Assembly (NCBI GenBank): GCA_964036045.1
Contig: OZ038379.1
Span: 31,186,001-31,250,000 of the forward strand
Length of the DNA stretch: 64,000 nucleotides
Direction of reading: 5' to 3'
Origin: Eutreptiella sp. 'Long Island Sound 2002'
Lineage: Eukaryota; Protista; Euglenida
Shown: piece by piece, positions 35,801 to 47,800 of the stretch
Numbering within the stretch: position 1 is the first letter of the stretch
Layout of the letters: every line of letters begins with the position of its first letter
Position numbers and translations under genes: made by a program
The notes under the pieces: generated by a model
Told to the model about the DNA's origin: nothing
Databases searched by the model: none
What the model saw: the letters and a program-made list of their open reading frames with translations, nothing else

Positions 35801-38800
35801 GTTGGAGGCAGGGCTCGGTGCGACCGCCGTGGGGCTTGTCCCAAGAAGCCGTCGAAGGCGCGGCCCGGTGTGATTGTTGTGGGTTTGGGCCCCAAAAGCC
35901 GTTGGGGGCAGCGCCCCGTGGGAATGCCCTAGGGCTGGGCCCCAAAAGCCGTTGGGGACGCGGCTCCGTACGACTGACATGAGGCTCGGCCCGGGAATCC
36001 AATGCGTGCAAGGCCCCATGCAATCGTCGTGGGGCTAAGCGCCAAAAGCCGTTGGGGGCATGGCCCCCTGGAATCGCCTTGGGGCTAGGCCACGGAAGCT
36101 GTTGGATGCGAGGTGCCGTGAGACTACCAAGGGCCTGGGTCCCAGAAGCCGTTGGGGGCAAAGCCCGTGCAATCGCCGTGGGGCTAGGCACCGGAAGCCG
36201 ATGGGGGCAGGACCCCGAGTGATAACTGTGGGGCTGGGCCCGAGAAGCCGTGGGAGGCAGGGCCCCGGGGATGGCCGTGGGGTTGGGCTCTGGCACCCGA
36301 TGGGGCGGGGGCCCATGCACTAGCCGTGGGGCTGGGCCAGATGGCGTTCCCAGAGACTTCATGGATGGCTGCGCGGCTTCCTAAAGACCCGTGCCACCAG
36401 GGCTCTATCAAATTGAAGCCGGAAGAGTTTAGCCACTGAACCCAACAATGCCCTCTATTCCCCCGACCGCTCGCCTGCGCCGGCCTGTGCACAGCATGGC
36501 TCCCCCCGCGCCCTTCGGTCCCTCCCGGGGAAAAGAGGAGGCCACATGAGAGCGCGTCATCTGGCCCCTGTGATCTAACATACCACAGCCGCTTAGGCTA
36601 TCCCCCCCCCCCCCGGACTGGCAGGGGGGGGAACGTCTGTCCGCACAGGCAACGGGCATACTCACGGCTCGCCGCCCGCAGTCGTTGGGCAACCCGCTCC
36701 AGCAACAGGGACCGGGAAGGCGATCACCCGCACGCTTGCTTGCGCAGCGGCGACAAGGTACCTAGCCCTTTCTGACCCTGTGACCGGGGCCGATGTGTTA
36801 CTGTGCGCCGGTGGCGAGCCCTGTGGCGCCGTCCCGCGGATTGGGTGGGCTGCAGCCAAAGCCGCAGCGCTCGCATCGTCGTGTGCAACCACGCGGCATC
36901 CCCAGCGTGGCACTCATGGGTTGCTGTCGGCTGTGCTGCACACTTTAATGCGTGCGTGCCGCACATGGCGCCGCCCAGTGCTTCGCGCACATGGTCACAC
37001 GCGGCAGTGCGGCTGCTTGGCCTACACCTCTTTTGCCGGCGCCTTTCTGCTTGCGTTGCACGTGCCGGTGCGGGCGGCGCCGATAGGGCCGAAATGGCTT
37101 CGACCCGGCCTTGCTGGCAATAAGCAATGCAGTAGGACCATTTCCTGCTGTCCTGCCCGTGGCCGTGCCAAGCGTGACATTCAGAACTCCCGGTACCGCG
37201 CCTGCGGCTAGCGCATCTGAACCAGCATTACGGCGGTGGGACGCAGTAGGGCCCGGTGGGTCTGGCAGGTGCCGGTGCAGCCAGAAACACTTCACCTGGT
37301 CCTTGAGGACTTGAGCAACCTATGCCATCGAGTGCGAGAGGCGCCATAATAAACCACATTGTTGGTCCTACAATGACGCTGCCCAACAACCTCCGGGTGG
37401 CCAGGGGCGGAGGTACGAATGCCCGCGTGTGCACCGGGCATGGCCGTGGCAGAATGTGTTTGGCAATACCTTCGGTGCGTATGGGAGTGGGAGCCGCGGC
37501 ACATGGAGACGCGGGCGCGGGCCTCTCGTTCTTTGTGGTAGAGTGCGGATTGCCCTCCCGACGCGCGACAAGGTTAACCATACGGGGCAGCTGGGCACAG
37601 GCCGACACCTGCCGGCGCTACCAGCGGTGCCGCTAGCAGGGTGCGCGGGCTCGCCACCGGGCTGGTCGTGGGAGGCATCTTTCGCTGTGGTGCTCCTACG
37701 GTGGGACCGCCACCTCCGCATGCGCGCATTAGGGCGTAGAGCACAACCGGCAGCAACCCATGAGTACCACGCTGGGGATGCCGCCTGGCTGCACACGACG
37801 ATGCGAGCGCTGCGGGTTTGGCTCCAGCCGACCCAGTCCGCGGGACTGAGCATGGGGATGCCGCTCGTGGCGCCACAGGGCTCGCAACCGGCGCACAGTA
37901 ACACATCGGCCCCAGTCACAAGGTCAGAAAGGGCTAGGCACCTTGTCGCCGCTGCGCAAGCAAGCGTGCGGGTGATCGCCTTCCCGGTCCCTGTTGCTGG
38001 AGCGGGTTGCCCAGTGACCGCGGGCAGCGAGCCGTGAGTATGCCCGTTGCCTGTGCGGACAGACGTTCCCCCCCCTGCCAGTCCGGGGGGGGGGGGGGGA
38101 TAGCCTAAGCGGCTGTGGTATGTTAGATCACAGGGGCCAGATGACGCGCTCCCATGTGGCCTCCTCTTTTCCCCGGGAGGGACCGAAGGGCGCGGGGGGA
38201 GCCATGTTGTGCACAGGCCGGCGCAGGCGAGCGGTCGGGGGAATAGAGGGCAGTGTTGTGTTCAGTGGCTAAACTCTTCCGGCTTCAATTTGACAGAGCC
38301 CTGGTGGCACGGGTCTTTAGGAAGCAGCGCAGCCATCCATGAAGTCTCTGTGAACGCTATCCGGCCCAGCCCCACGGCTAGTGCATGGGCCCCCGCCCCA
38401 TGGGCTGCCAGCGCCCAACCCCACGGCCATCCCCGGGGCCCTGCTTCCCACGGCTTGTCGGGCCCAGCCCCACGGTTATCACTCGGGGCCCTGCCCCCAT
38501 CGGCTTCCGGTGCCTAGCCCCACGGCGATTGCACGGGCTTTGCCCCCAACGGCTTCTGGGACCCAGGCCCTTGGTAGTCTCACGGCACCTCGCATCCAAC
38601 AGCTTCCGTGGCCTAGCCCCAAGGCGATTCCAGGGGGCCATGCCCCCAACGGCTTTTGGCGCTTAGCCCCACGACGATTGCATGGGGCCTTGCCCCCATT
38701 TGATTCCTGGGCCGAGCCCCAAGTCAATCGTACGGAGCCGCGTCCCCAACGGCTTTTGGGGCCCAGCCCTAGGGCATTCCCACGGGGCGCTGCCCCCAAC

Positions 38801-41800
38801 GGCTTTTGGGGCCCAAACCCACAACAATCACACCGGGCCGCGCCTTCGACGGCTTCTTGGGACAAGCCCCACGGCGGTCGCACCGAGCCCTGCCTCCAAC
38901 GGCTCCTAGGGCCGAGCCCCACGGCGATCGCAAAAGTTCGTGCCTCCAGCGCCTTCCGGGGCCCAGCAACACGGCGGTTGCTCAAGGCTCTACCCCCGTC
39001 CGCTTCTAGTGCTTAGCCACTGCACCGCGATCACACGGGGCCCTACCCCCAACGCCCTCCGGGGCCCGGCCACAGGGGGGTTGCACGCTGCGTGCCCCCA
39101 TTGGGTGTGGGGGCCCAGCCCCACGTGGATCGCACGAGGCGCTGCCCCCAACGACTTCTCAGGTTCAGCCTCACGCCGGTTGCACGAGCCCTTGCCCCGA
39201 AAGGCTTTTCGGGCCCATCCCCACGGCGATCGCATGGGGCCCTGCCCCGAACGGCTTCTACGGCCTAACCCGACATCTTCTGATCGGGGCCCTGCCTGCA
39301 TCGGCCACGGTGGCCCATCCCCATGGGGATCGCATAAGGCCTTGCCTCCATTGGCTTTTGGAGCTGAGCCCCGCAGTAATTGCACAAGGCCGTGCCCCTA
39401 AGAACTTCTAGGGCCTATGCCCACAGCGGTTGCACGGTGCCCCGCGGGCAACGGCTTCATTCTTGGGCCCAGCCCCACGGCGATCACACCAGCCCTTGTC
39501 CCCAATGCCTTCTTGGGCCAAACCACACCGCGGTTGCACGGGGCCCTTCCCCCTGTCAACGTTCGGGGCCCAGCCCCACAACGATTGCACAGGGCCCCCA
39601 ACAGCTTCTTGGGCCCAGGCCCGCAGTTACAGGGGGCCCAACGGCTTGTGCCGCCCAGCCCCATGGTAATCGCACGGGGCCCCACCCCCAACGACTTTTG
39701 GGGCCCAGCTCCACGCCGATCGCCGAGGGCATTGCCCCTATTGGCTTTTGAGGCCCATGCCCTGTGGCGTTTGGATAGGGCATTGTCCCCAAGGGCTTCT
39801 TCGGCTAAGACCCATGGTGGTCGCATAGAGCCATGCCCCCATCGGTATCAGGAGCTCAGCTTCACAAGGATCGCACAACCTCCTCCCCCCAACGCCTTCC
39901 AAAGCCCAACGACACCGCGGTCGCAGGGGGCCACCCACCCGTCAGCTTCCGGGCCCCAGCCCCAAGCGATTGCACAGGGCCTTGCCCCCACCAGCATCCG
40001 GGCCCAAGCCCCACGGCCGTCACATGGGGCTCCGCCCCCAAGGGCCTTTGGGGCGCCCAAACCCACGGCTATCGCTCGGGGCCTTGATCCCAACGGCTTC
40101 CGGGGCCCACCCCCATGGCGATCGCACAAACAGCTGCCCCAAGCGGCCTCCCGGGCCCATCGGCTTGTGGGGCCCAGCCCCACGGCGGTCTCACAGGGCG
40201 TTGCCCCCAACTGCTCTTGGGGCCCAGTCCCATGGCAATCGCAGATGCCTCGCCCTAAACGACCTATGGAATTTAGCCCCACGCCGGTCGCCCGGAGGCC
40301 TACCCCCAACGGCTTCCGCGGCCCAGCCCCATGGCGTTCCCATTGGGTCCTCCTCTCATTGCTTTGCGGGGCCCACCCAAACGGCGGTCACACGCGGCCT
40401 TCGAGGTCTCGGGCCGTGTGTACTCCCATTTTCGGAAAACGTTTACGGAGTTGCAATTTGGTGATGCGGGACGAAACCATGTGTGCCTTCTCTTCACTCA
40501 AGAGGCTGTACTGGCCCATAAACTGTTCCGGGTCATGCTCACGGGTATCAACATACGTGCACATAACCGTGTCCCATGACTGATGCACTATCTTATCCAT
40601 TTGCGGGACATTGGATGTTAGCTCACCTTTGTTTGGATTCTTTAGCACAAATAGGGGGCACTGAAACTCATTCTTTATCCACTTGCAAACCTCTTTGGGC
40701 CGTTCCAGCCATGCCACGCCCAATTTGGCGCGCCAATAGCTCAATCGTTCCTCGTCCTGCTACGGGCATACCGCTTACCCGGCTGCTGTAGAGAGTCGAG
40801 CGAGGACATAATTTCGACAAGTGCAGGGAGGGGGTGTGGCACTAGGGCTGTCGGGTCTAGGGCCCGATGAACCACGTCTTGCAGACACAAGTCCTCGCGA
40901 ACTTGCTTGCCAATCTTGCGCATTCTTCGGCACCCCGAGTCCCTATCCTGCTGGACGTGGAGCGGGATGACACCAAAACAAAGCAATTTCTGTTTGGCCT
41001 TGTGTTTAGCATTACGTTGGATGCTAAGACCTATGGCGTTTTTGGTTTGGACGGGTCTCAAGCTGCCTAGGACACCTCGCATTTCACAAAGCAAGCGCGT
41101 TCGCAGGTCGCCATGTCTGGTGGTCTTGACGGGCCCAAGCCTGTCTCTTTGAGCATCCAATTTGTACCTCATCCCCGTTCCACCCCGGCGGAGGCGTAGG
41201 GTAGGGGGATGGCGGTGTCTGTGGTAGGGAGTCACAACTCACGGCCGGCCCGATCTCCTCTGCCGTCCATGTCCAGTAAAAGAGTGGATGTCTATCGTTG
41301 TCTAGGGGTCTATCATCATTGTCCAATTTTTTTGTGTCTCTTGCAGCACTATGCTGCAGATTTTGGCCAGGTCCTCGTCATCCCTCGGCGGGGGGTGTTG
41401 AACGGGTCCAAGTTCTACATTTTGACTATCTTTTGTCCGGGGCCTGAGAGGTCCAGTGTGTATTCGACTGCCACATGCCCCGGCAGCCCATGTTCTTTTA
41501 CCTCCTCAACACATGCAATGGATCCAGCGTGCCTAGGATGGATTAATAGCGCATCGATGCGTGATGAGGATACATTTATGTGTATATCGACTAACGCACC
41601 TTGTGTCATGCACTTGACTGTAGGCCAGGTCTGCGTCTACCAGCCAGCAAGCAACCAACCCGGTCAATGGGGCAGGGGGCATTTTTGCAAAAAAAAAAAT
41701 CAAGGTCAAAATTGGCATCAACGAGAATGATGAGGCCGGTGTTGCCTAAGCCACTTGAGTAGCAAATCACTGACTCGCACAATTCTATGTTGGGGTGGGG

Positions 41801-44800
41801 TTTCCCGCCACCCCATGGACCACTTGGAATTTATGTATATGCCACCCTTCCCGAGGCCTGCAATGGTGTGCAACTAGCAGCCGGAATGCCTCCGTTGTTG
41901 TTGCAGTGGGTCGCTCTGGTCTATCTGCTTTTGAGCATATCCAACCTATCTTGTAAAGCAGACCTACACCACCCTCTGGCAACCCCCAAATACCCCCTGC
42001 AGGCGATCCCAAGTGAGAGCCCCATACAAAGTCCCATCCTTCCTCTTGCACTAGCGCTTGCATGCAGAGCGGGCCAGAGAGGTCTGGTCGGGTCTCTGGA
42101 AAACCGATGAAATTACCTTTAAAGCTGAAAAAACACTCGTAATGAGCAGAAAGCGACGTCAAGCTTGTGATTGGTCCGGCGTTGGGGTCCGGTGTTGGGG
42201 CTGATATCACCGAACAGCAGAATGCCCACAAGAGGTTTGTGCTAGCATTGTCGGCTGCCTCCATAACTACTCCCATAGAGTCCACTAGCCTGAAACAATC
42301 GGCCACTCTGTGGTGGGGGCCGAGACCCATAGCCCGGGCCCGGGCCCGGGCTCGGGGCAGTCCCAGAGCTTTTCCCCCTCCCCGGGACGGCCGCGTGGAT
42401 TGTGGAAGTACAGATACCCTCCATCCGTGGAGGGAGTCCGGACTCCGGCGCCACCCCAAGGAGGGACCGCCAAGGGCCGAAACAACCAACAGCACCACAT
42501 ACTGCTCCCAAGATGATTGGTCCGGGGCTGATATCACCACACAACACAGCGCCCACAACAAGGTGTGTGTCGGCACTATCAGCCGCCTCCGCATCTACTG
42601 CGATTGAGTCCACCGTCTTGACGGAGCAGGCTCACCGCCGGCAGGGTAGAGTTCTTCGCTATAGAGTGATATTGCTGACGGACCGTGGTGAAGACTACTT
42701 TCTGCCATGATCTCTCGTGTAGCCGGGTATTGTTGGTCGGCGCCCTTGACCCCTCCCAACCCGCAGGGACCCCTATTAGCTCGACATTGTACACGAGTCG
42801 AACTCGCCCAAACCTCTGCAAGTGAGGGGTCTTGAGGAACATCACCCCCGGGCCAAACACTTTCGTGGCCTAAACTGCTGGTCCCCTTAGACAAGACCAA
42901 AGTTTAGGCCATATATGCACACGCGTGCTTTTGTCACTAGCGGAGGGACTAAAATGCCCAAGCAGCGCACAATTCCCCCCCGCGGGGGGGGGGGGGCGGG
43001 CGACTACAAATGGTCCTGATACGACACTCCCCCAGCTATCTGTCAAAACTTGCCGGGGGCGAGGGCAGTCGGGGCGAGGGGGAGGGGGTCGGCGAGAGGG
43101 GGGGGGGGTTATAGGCAGCTCGGCGGGGGGGGGGGGGGCTTGCGCGCAACCCACTACTACCACATGCATACCTCAAGGGTGTGTGTGTGTGTCTGGGGAC
43201 AGGGGCGTATAGAGGTATGTATGCGATGATAGCGATTTCTCGTCTTTGCCATGAAGAGAGTCTTAAGGGTCTTGAGGACCAAAGGCATAGTATCCCTCTC
43301 ACCGAAACGTGGGACAAAAAAATTGGCGCCATTGACGCCATGGCCCCCGCACTGCTATCTGTCAAAACTCGGGCCATAAAGCAACGGATATAGAGCTCAC
43401 ATATGCCCCCGTGTCACAGGCATATGGTCATCGCCACAGACTGTAGTTCAATGTTTGACCTTCTGCTTTGCAGTACCCCTCAAACTGGGCCGAATGTTGC
43501 CTTGAGCTCACCGCACTCATCAGCTATCGAATGTTTCTTGGCCCCTTTGGAGAGGCCTACAAGCCTACACCCCCCATTGGGTCGGTTACGCAGGAATACC
43601 GGAATCACAAAAGCAACGGCTCCACGGCAGGCCAACCAGAACCTCGGCTCGAACCCGTGTTCTGTGTGTGTGTGTGTGCAGTGCATTTCCGGTTTGCCGC
43701 TTGGCCGTTCCCAATATGACTGTTTTCCGAACTGCCCGCTCCCATTTCAGAGTTTCCCTCCCCAGGGTTTGAACTGTCCGTTGGTTGATATCTCCAACCG
43801 AAGCCCGGAGGCAGAGCTGGCCCCATCGCCTCCACGGGACGCTCCGCCGGACCTTGCCTCCAACCCGAAGAGCACTGTGACGCGTGTGCTCAATGCATTT
43901 TAGGTATGCTCCTCCCTCATGGCGTATTTTCCGTTGACAGTCAGAAAGTGGGGGAGGGTCAAAGTGTTTGTGCGAAAAAAAAGTGGCCGTCGGGAGGGAG
44001 CCCTCTATGGACCGTGTCTCCAAACCCACCAACTATGAGTCCCCCAGGTTTCTAACCTACCCCCAAGGAACCCAGGGCTGGGTGGCTGTCCACTATAGTG
44101 CCACGACGATGTGCCCATTTCCATGTGTTTGTCCTCATACCCTCCAAGTGTCCTGTTAAGGTGTCCGGGACGTTCGGGGCTTCCCGATCATCCTTGGGGT
44201 TCGAACCCCCGACTAGAGGACTGGCGTTGGGTGTTGTGCTGCTGTGCTATTGTGCTAGCCTTCTATGTCTTGAGAGATGGGCATGGTTGGAGTAGGGGGT
44301 GACTTTTGTCTGTTTCTGTATTCTGGACCACTGACTTCTGTGGAGAAGTCCGACTCAGATCCCATCGTGGAGGATGGGCTTTGCATCACATCACTCTTGG
44401 TACTTTTGTATTGCGCCCAAGTGAAGCGCGGGAGAGGGAAGCTTGGGCCTGACTAGGCCTCCCCCCTTTCCCCATCTGGGTGGGGGGGGGGGGGGTGCAC
44501 CTCATTTTGAGGTGCTTTTTGGTGTCACTGACACCACTGCTATGATGTGTTCCCTCTATCCATCCATACGGCTTGTTGTCATCAGAACTCCATGTGCCAC
44601 ACTGGAGTAAGCCTGTCGCCGTGGCTTCTTGGGATGCTCCCTCTTCAGGCTCACTCATTTCAACCAAGCCCGGCGACAGCTAATCGTTTGATGAGCTCTC
44701 CATGTTGTCCTCCACCCCAAGCACAGTGGTTTCCTGCACCGCATACATATTTTTAGGGGGGGGGGGTCGCTGCAGGATGCGGTGCTTGTTCATGGGTTGT

Positions 44801-47800
44801 TTGTGTGTCTTTTGTTTGTTGTGAAAAGGCTATGCGTGGCAATGCCCATAGTGTGCTCAAACCCATTCCTTCCACTGCCTGTCTCTGTGCTGTATTATTT
44901 CGCTATAACCCCGTGTGCCCCGGCACATGGATCCACTTCAATATTCTGCATGGTCGTTCCGTTTCCAATAACAGTTCTTCCCCGATTGGGATATTGCTGA
45001 TCACCCCCCCCCCCCCGTGCCGATCCACAGCATTTCATGCCATGAGTGGACCTGTCCCTGTGCCCCTAAGATAAGATAGCTGGAGTCCGACAAGATGGCC
45101 AGTTTATCCCCCGGTACCCTTTTCGAAACCTGTCCTCCCCCCCCCCCCCCGAGAGCTCCGCTACGTTGTTGGTTTGCCGGAGGTCCGGCGGTAGCTGTTC
45201 CGATATGCTGATTTTTCCTGTTTGCGTGCCCTCTTGTGAGTACAGCCCACCCCCCATGGAGGGCTCCAGGAGACACAGCGTGAGGCACGCGGTAAGACAT
45301 GACAGCGAACCACTGGTCACGGTTCACTGCCGGGAGTCTCCCTCCAAGAGGGCAAAAAAAAACAATCAGCCGTAAGTCTGCAGGTTGTGGCTACGGCAGA
45401 GGATGGGTGGAGGTTGGTACATGTGGATGGATCGTTCAAACTACCATGGAAGGGAAGTAAATACACGGCGGTGGGGATTGGACGGCTTGCCACAAACCCC
45501 TTGGGTGCTTCAGATTCTCATGGATGGAGAGTCTTAGTCGCTCGATCCAGTCCCGCCATTTGGTTTGCCCCCCCCCCACCCCTGAATAGAGGTCCACTTT
45601 GCAAGCATACCATCCCATATCGTCGGGAACTTTTGCAGTTGTTGCCCCGCGTTCCTTGGCGTGCCACTGCAATGCCCCAAGAGCCTCTCGGGCCACCCAA
45701 AGGAGTTGGCCAGGCGGTTCTGTGAGTGAATGGAACTCGCGGCGAGGCACGTCCATGTCTTTCACATTCAGGGGGTCTGTGCTATGATCATCCGGGTCGT
45801 CCACTGATCCCGGGACTTGGTGGGGCCCCAAGATTTATTTCAAAGGTCAAAAATCATAGGGTAACATTTGCATTCCGAGAGAGCATGTCTTATAGTTTCA
45901 TTTTTTCATGAAGGGGCAATCGCGCGCGCGGGGGGGGGGGGGGGTGTCGCATACAAGGACCGGGGCCGGCCGCCCCCCAAGGCACAATTTCTTGCCGAAT
46001 TTCCGGCGGTACGGGCACACCCTAGACCCGTATGCCAACACGGTTCTCCTTGTTGATGGTGAGGATGCCAAAGAACCATGCCCGATCCTGCAGCCTGCGG
46101 TGCTACTGAGGTATCGGCCTCTTGGTGCCTTTGGGGAGCTTTAGCCAGCACATGTGAGCTTCGAGCTTTGCCAAGTGGACATCCCGGCTGAGAAATAGCC
46201 GGTATTCCACCCCTTCCTTGTACCCACTCTGCTTCAGCACTTGGTGGACAAAGAAATATGGGAGTGCCATGCTGCTTGGTTCCCCGCTTTCACACCATCA
46301 TGGGGGACTGCATGTAGACTATGTGCCCTGACGGGCTGACTGTGGTCCCAGTCTCCTTTGTCATCCATGAAAGGTGCTGCGTGATTACGGTCACTTGTGT
46401 GTCACAACAGCTGCGCACAAGTTGTCGCGGTTGCGGCTCAGGGATCTTAGAATCCCTGTGACTGATACATCCTTCTTGGCGCCATCCAGAGCAAGGACCA
46501 GAGCTGAGACTGCGACGACCGTGGCATGTTTGGCCAAACCTTGAATTGCTGTTGAGTACGCATCGTGCACAGTGAGACCGACAAGTAGGACCCGCTTGAA
46601 GATCTCCATATTGTTGGCAACGGACCAGTCTTCCACCTTCCTCCCTGCCGCGACGTGTTTCACCCCAAGAGCTTTCTTGTTGTCGTCTGCGTAGTTCACG
46701 CATCCTTGGACTAATGTGCAGGATTAGCTCTGCACCAGTTTGGCCGTGTCTTTGCCACAGGCTATATGGGGTCCGCTTGCTGCGGAATGCCTCACCACAA
46801 CATGGCTCTTCCCAACGTTGGGCTTGGACTTCAAGGCCGTGGCATACGAGGCCTTTTGCTCCCCAGATGGAACATAATGAGAGGATGGCGAGTGCTTGGA
46901 TGCAAATGGTCCATCCGATTTGTCTCCCATGGGGCGGGGGGGTGTGAAAGGGGCCAGCGGGTGACCGGGGGGCAGCGCGCTGTCGAGCCAAAGGCCCTGT
47001 GGGGCTTGGTATGGTTAAGCTGTTGGGCACAATCATCATTTCCACTGCAACATGCTACAGTATCGGTGTGGCTCAGGTATGTACAATGGGTTGGTGTAGG
47101 TATGTACAGATCACCTGGACAACTAGCTGTGGTGGTACTGCTGTTAGTGCTAGCTGGTTAAGCTGTTAGTGCTCACAGGGGGAGCAGAGGCAGTGTTCCC
47201 TCAAACAGGGACAAAACAAAACACCTGTGTGTGTGTAGGTGGGTGGGGGGGTGAGTGCCTCAAGCGACAGTAGGTATCATGCAAGGTTCTGCAAGGTCGG
47301 CATGAACGATTCCCTTTCTTGTGTATGTGTGTGCATTGCTTGTACATAGGATTTGTATAAACATTGGCCATGTGTAGCAACAAGATAAAGCTCGGAGCTG
47401 GGTCTAACAATGAACCTATCCTGCTATATTTGGAAACCCCAACCACTCATGGGCAGTAATCACTGTAGGAGGAGCATTGTTCCCCATTTTTGCATGGTGT
47501 CTGTGCTCATAAGCAATGGAAGGAGGTTTGCCATGCTTGGTGAGGATCTGCACAAGACGTGCGTCTTCTTGTCTGTCTTTGTGTCAACCGTGCATTTGAT
47601 GATTTCAGTGTGCACAGCAAGCATGGTTTTTCTACACCTTCTCTGTGACCCGTGGGGTGATTTTCCTCCTTTGGTCATATGCATACCCTGCTCTCAATTG
47701 ACTCTTGTGGTTGATTTGCCCCTTGGTCCGACCCATGTTTTGGGCACGTCTGATTGAATCTGTGGTCCAAAGATCATGGCTCGGTACCTGAACTCTGCCA

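Noticed and set aside
30020-40583. Many long G/P/A/R-rich ORFs up to 426 aa
   Set aside because: They are stop-poor translations of the GC-rich satellite, mirrored on both strands by the inverted arms.
45387-45480. Plus-strand WRLVHVDGSFKLPWKG..TAVGIG resembling an RNase H N-terminus
   Set aside because: No further RNase H motifs follow on that strand, and the coherent RNase H motif set is on the minus strand at 44865-45325. Likely coincidence.
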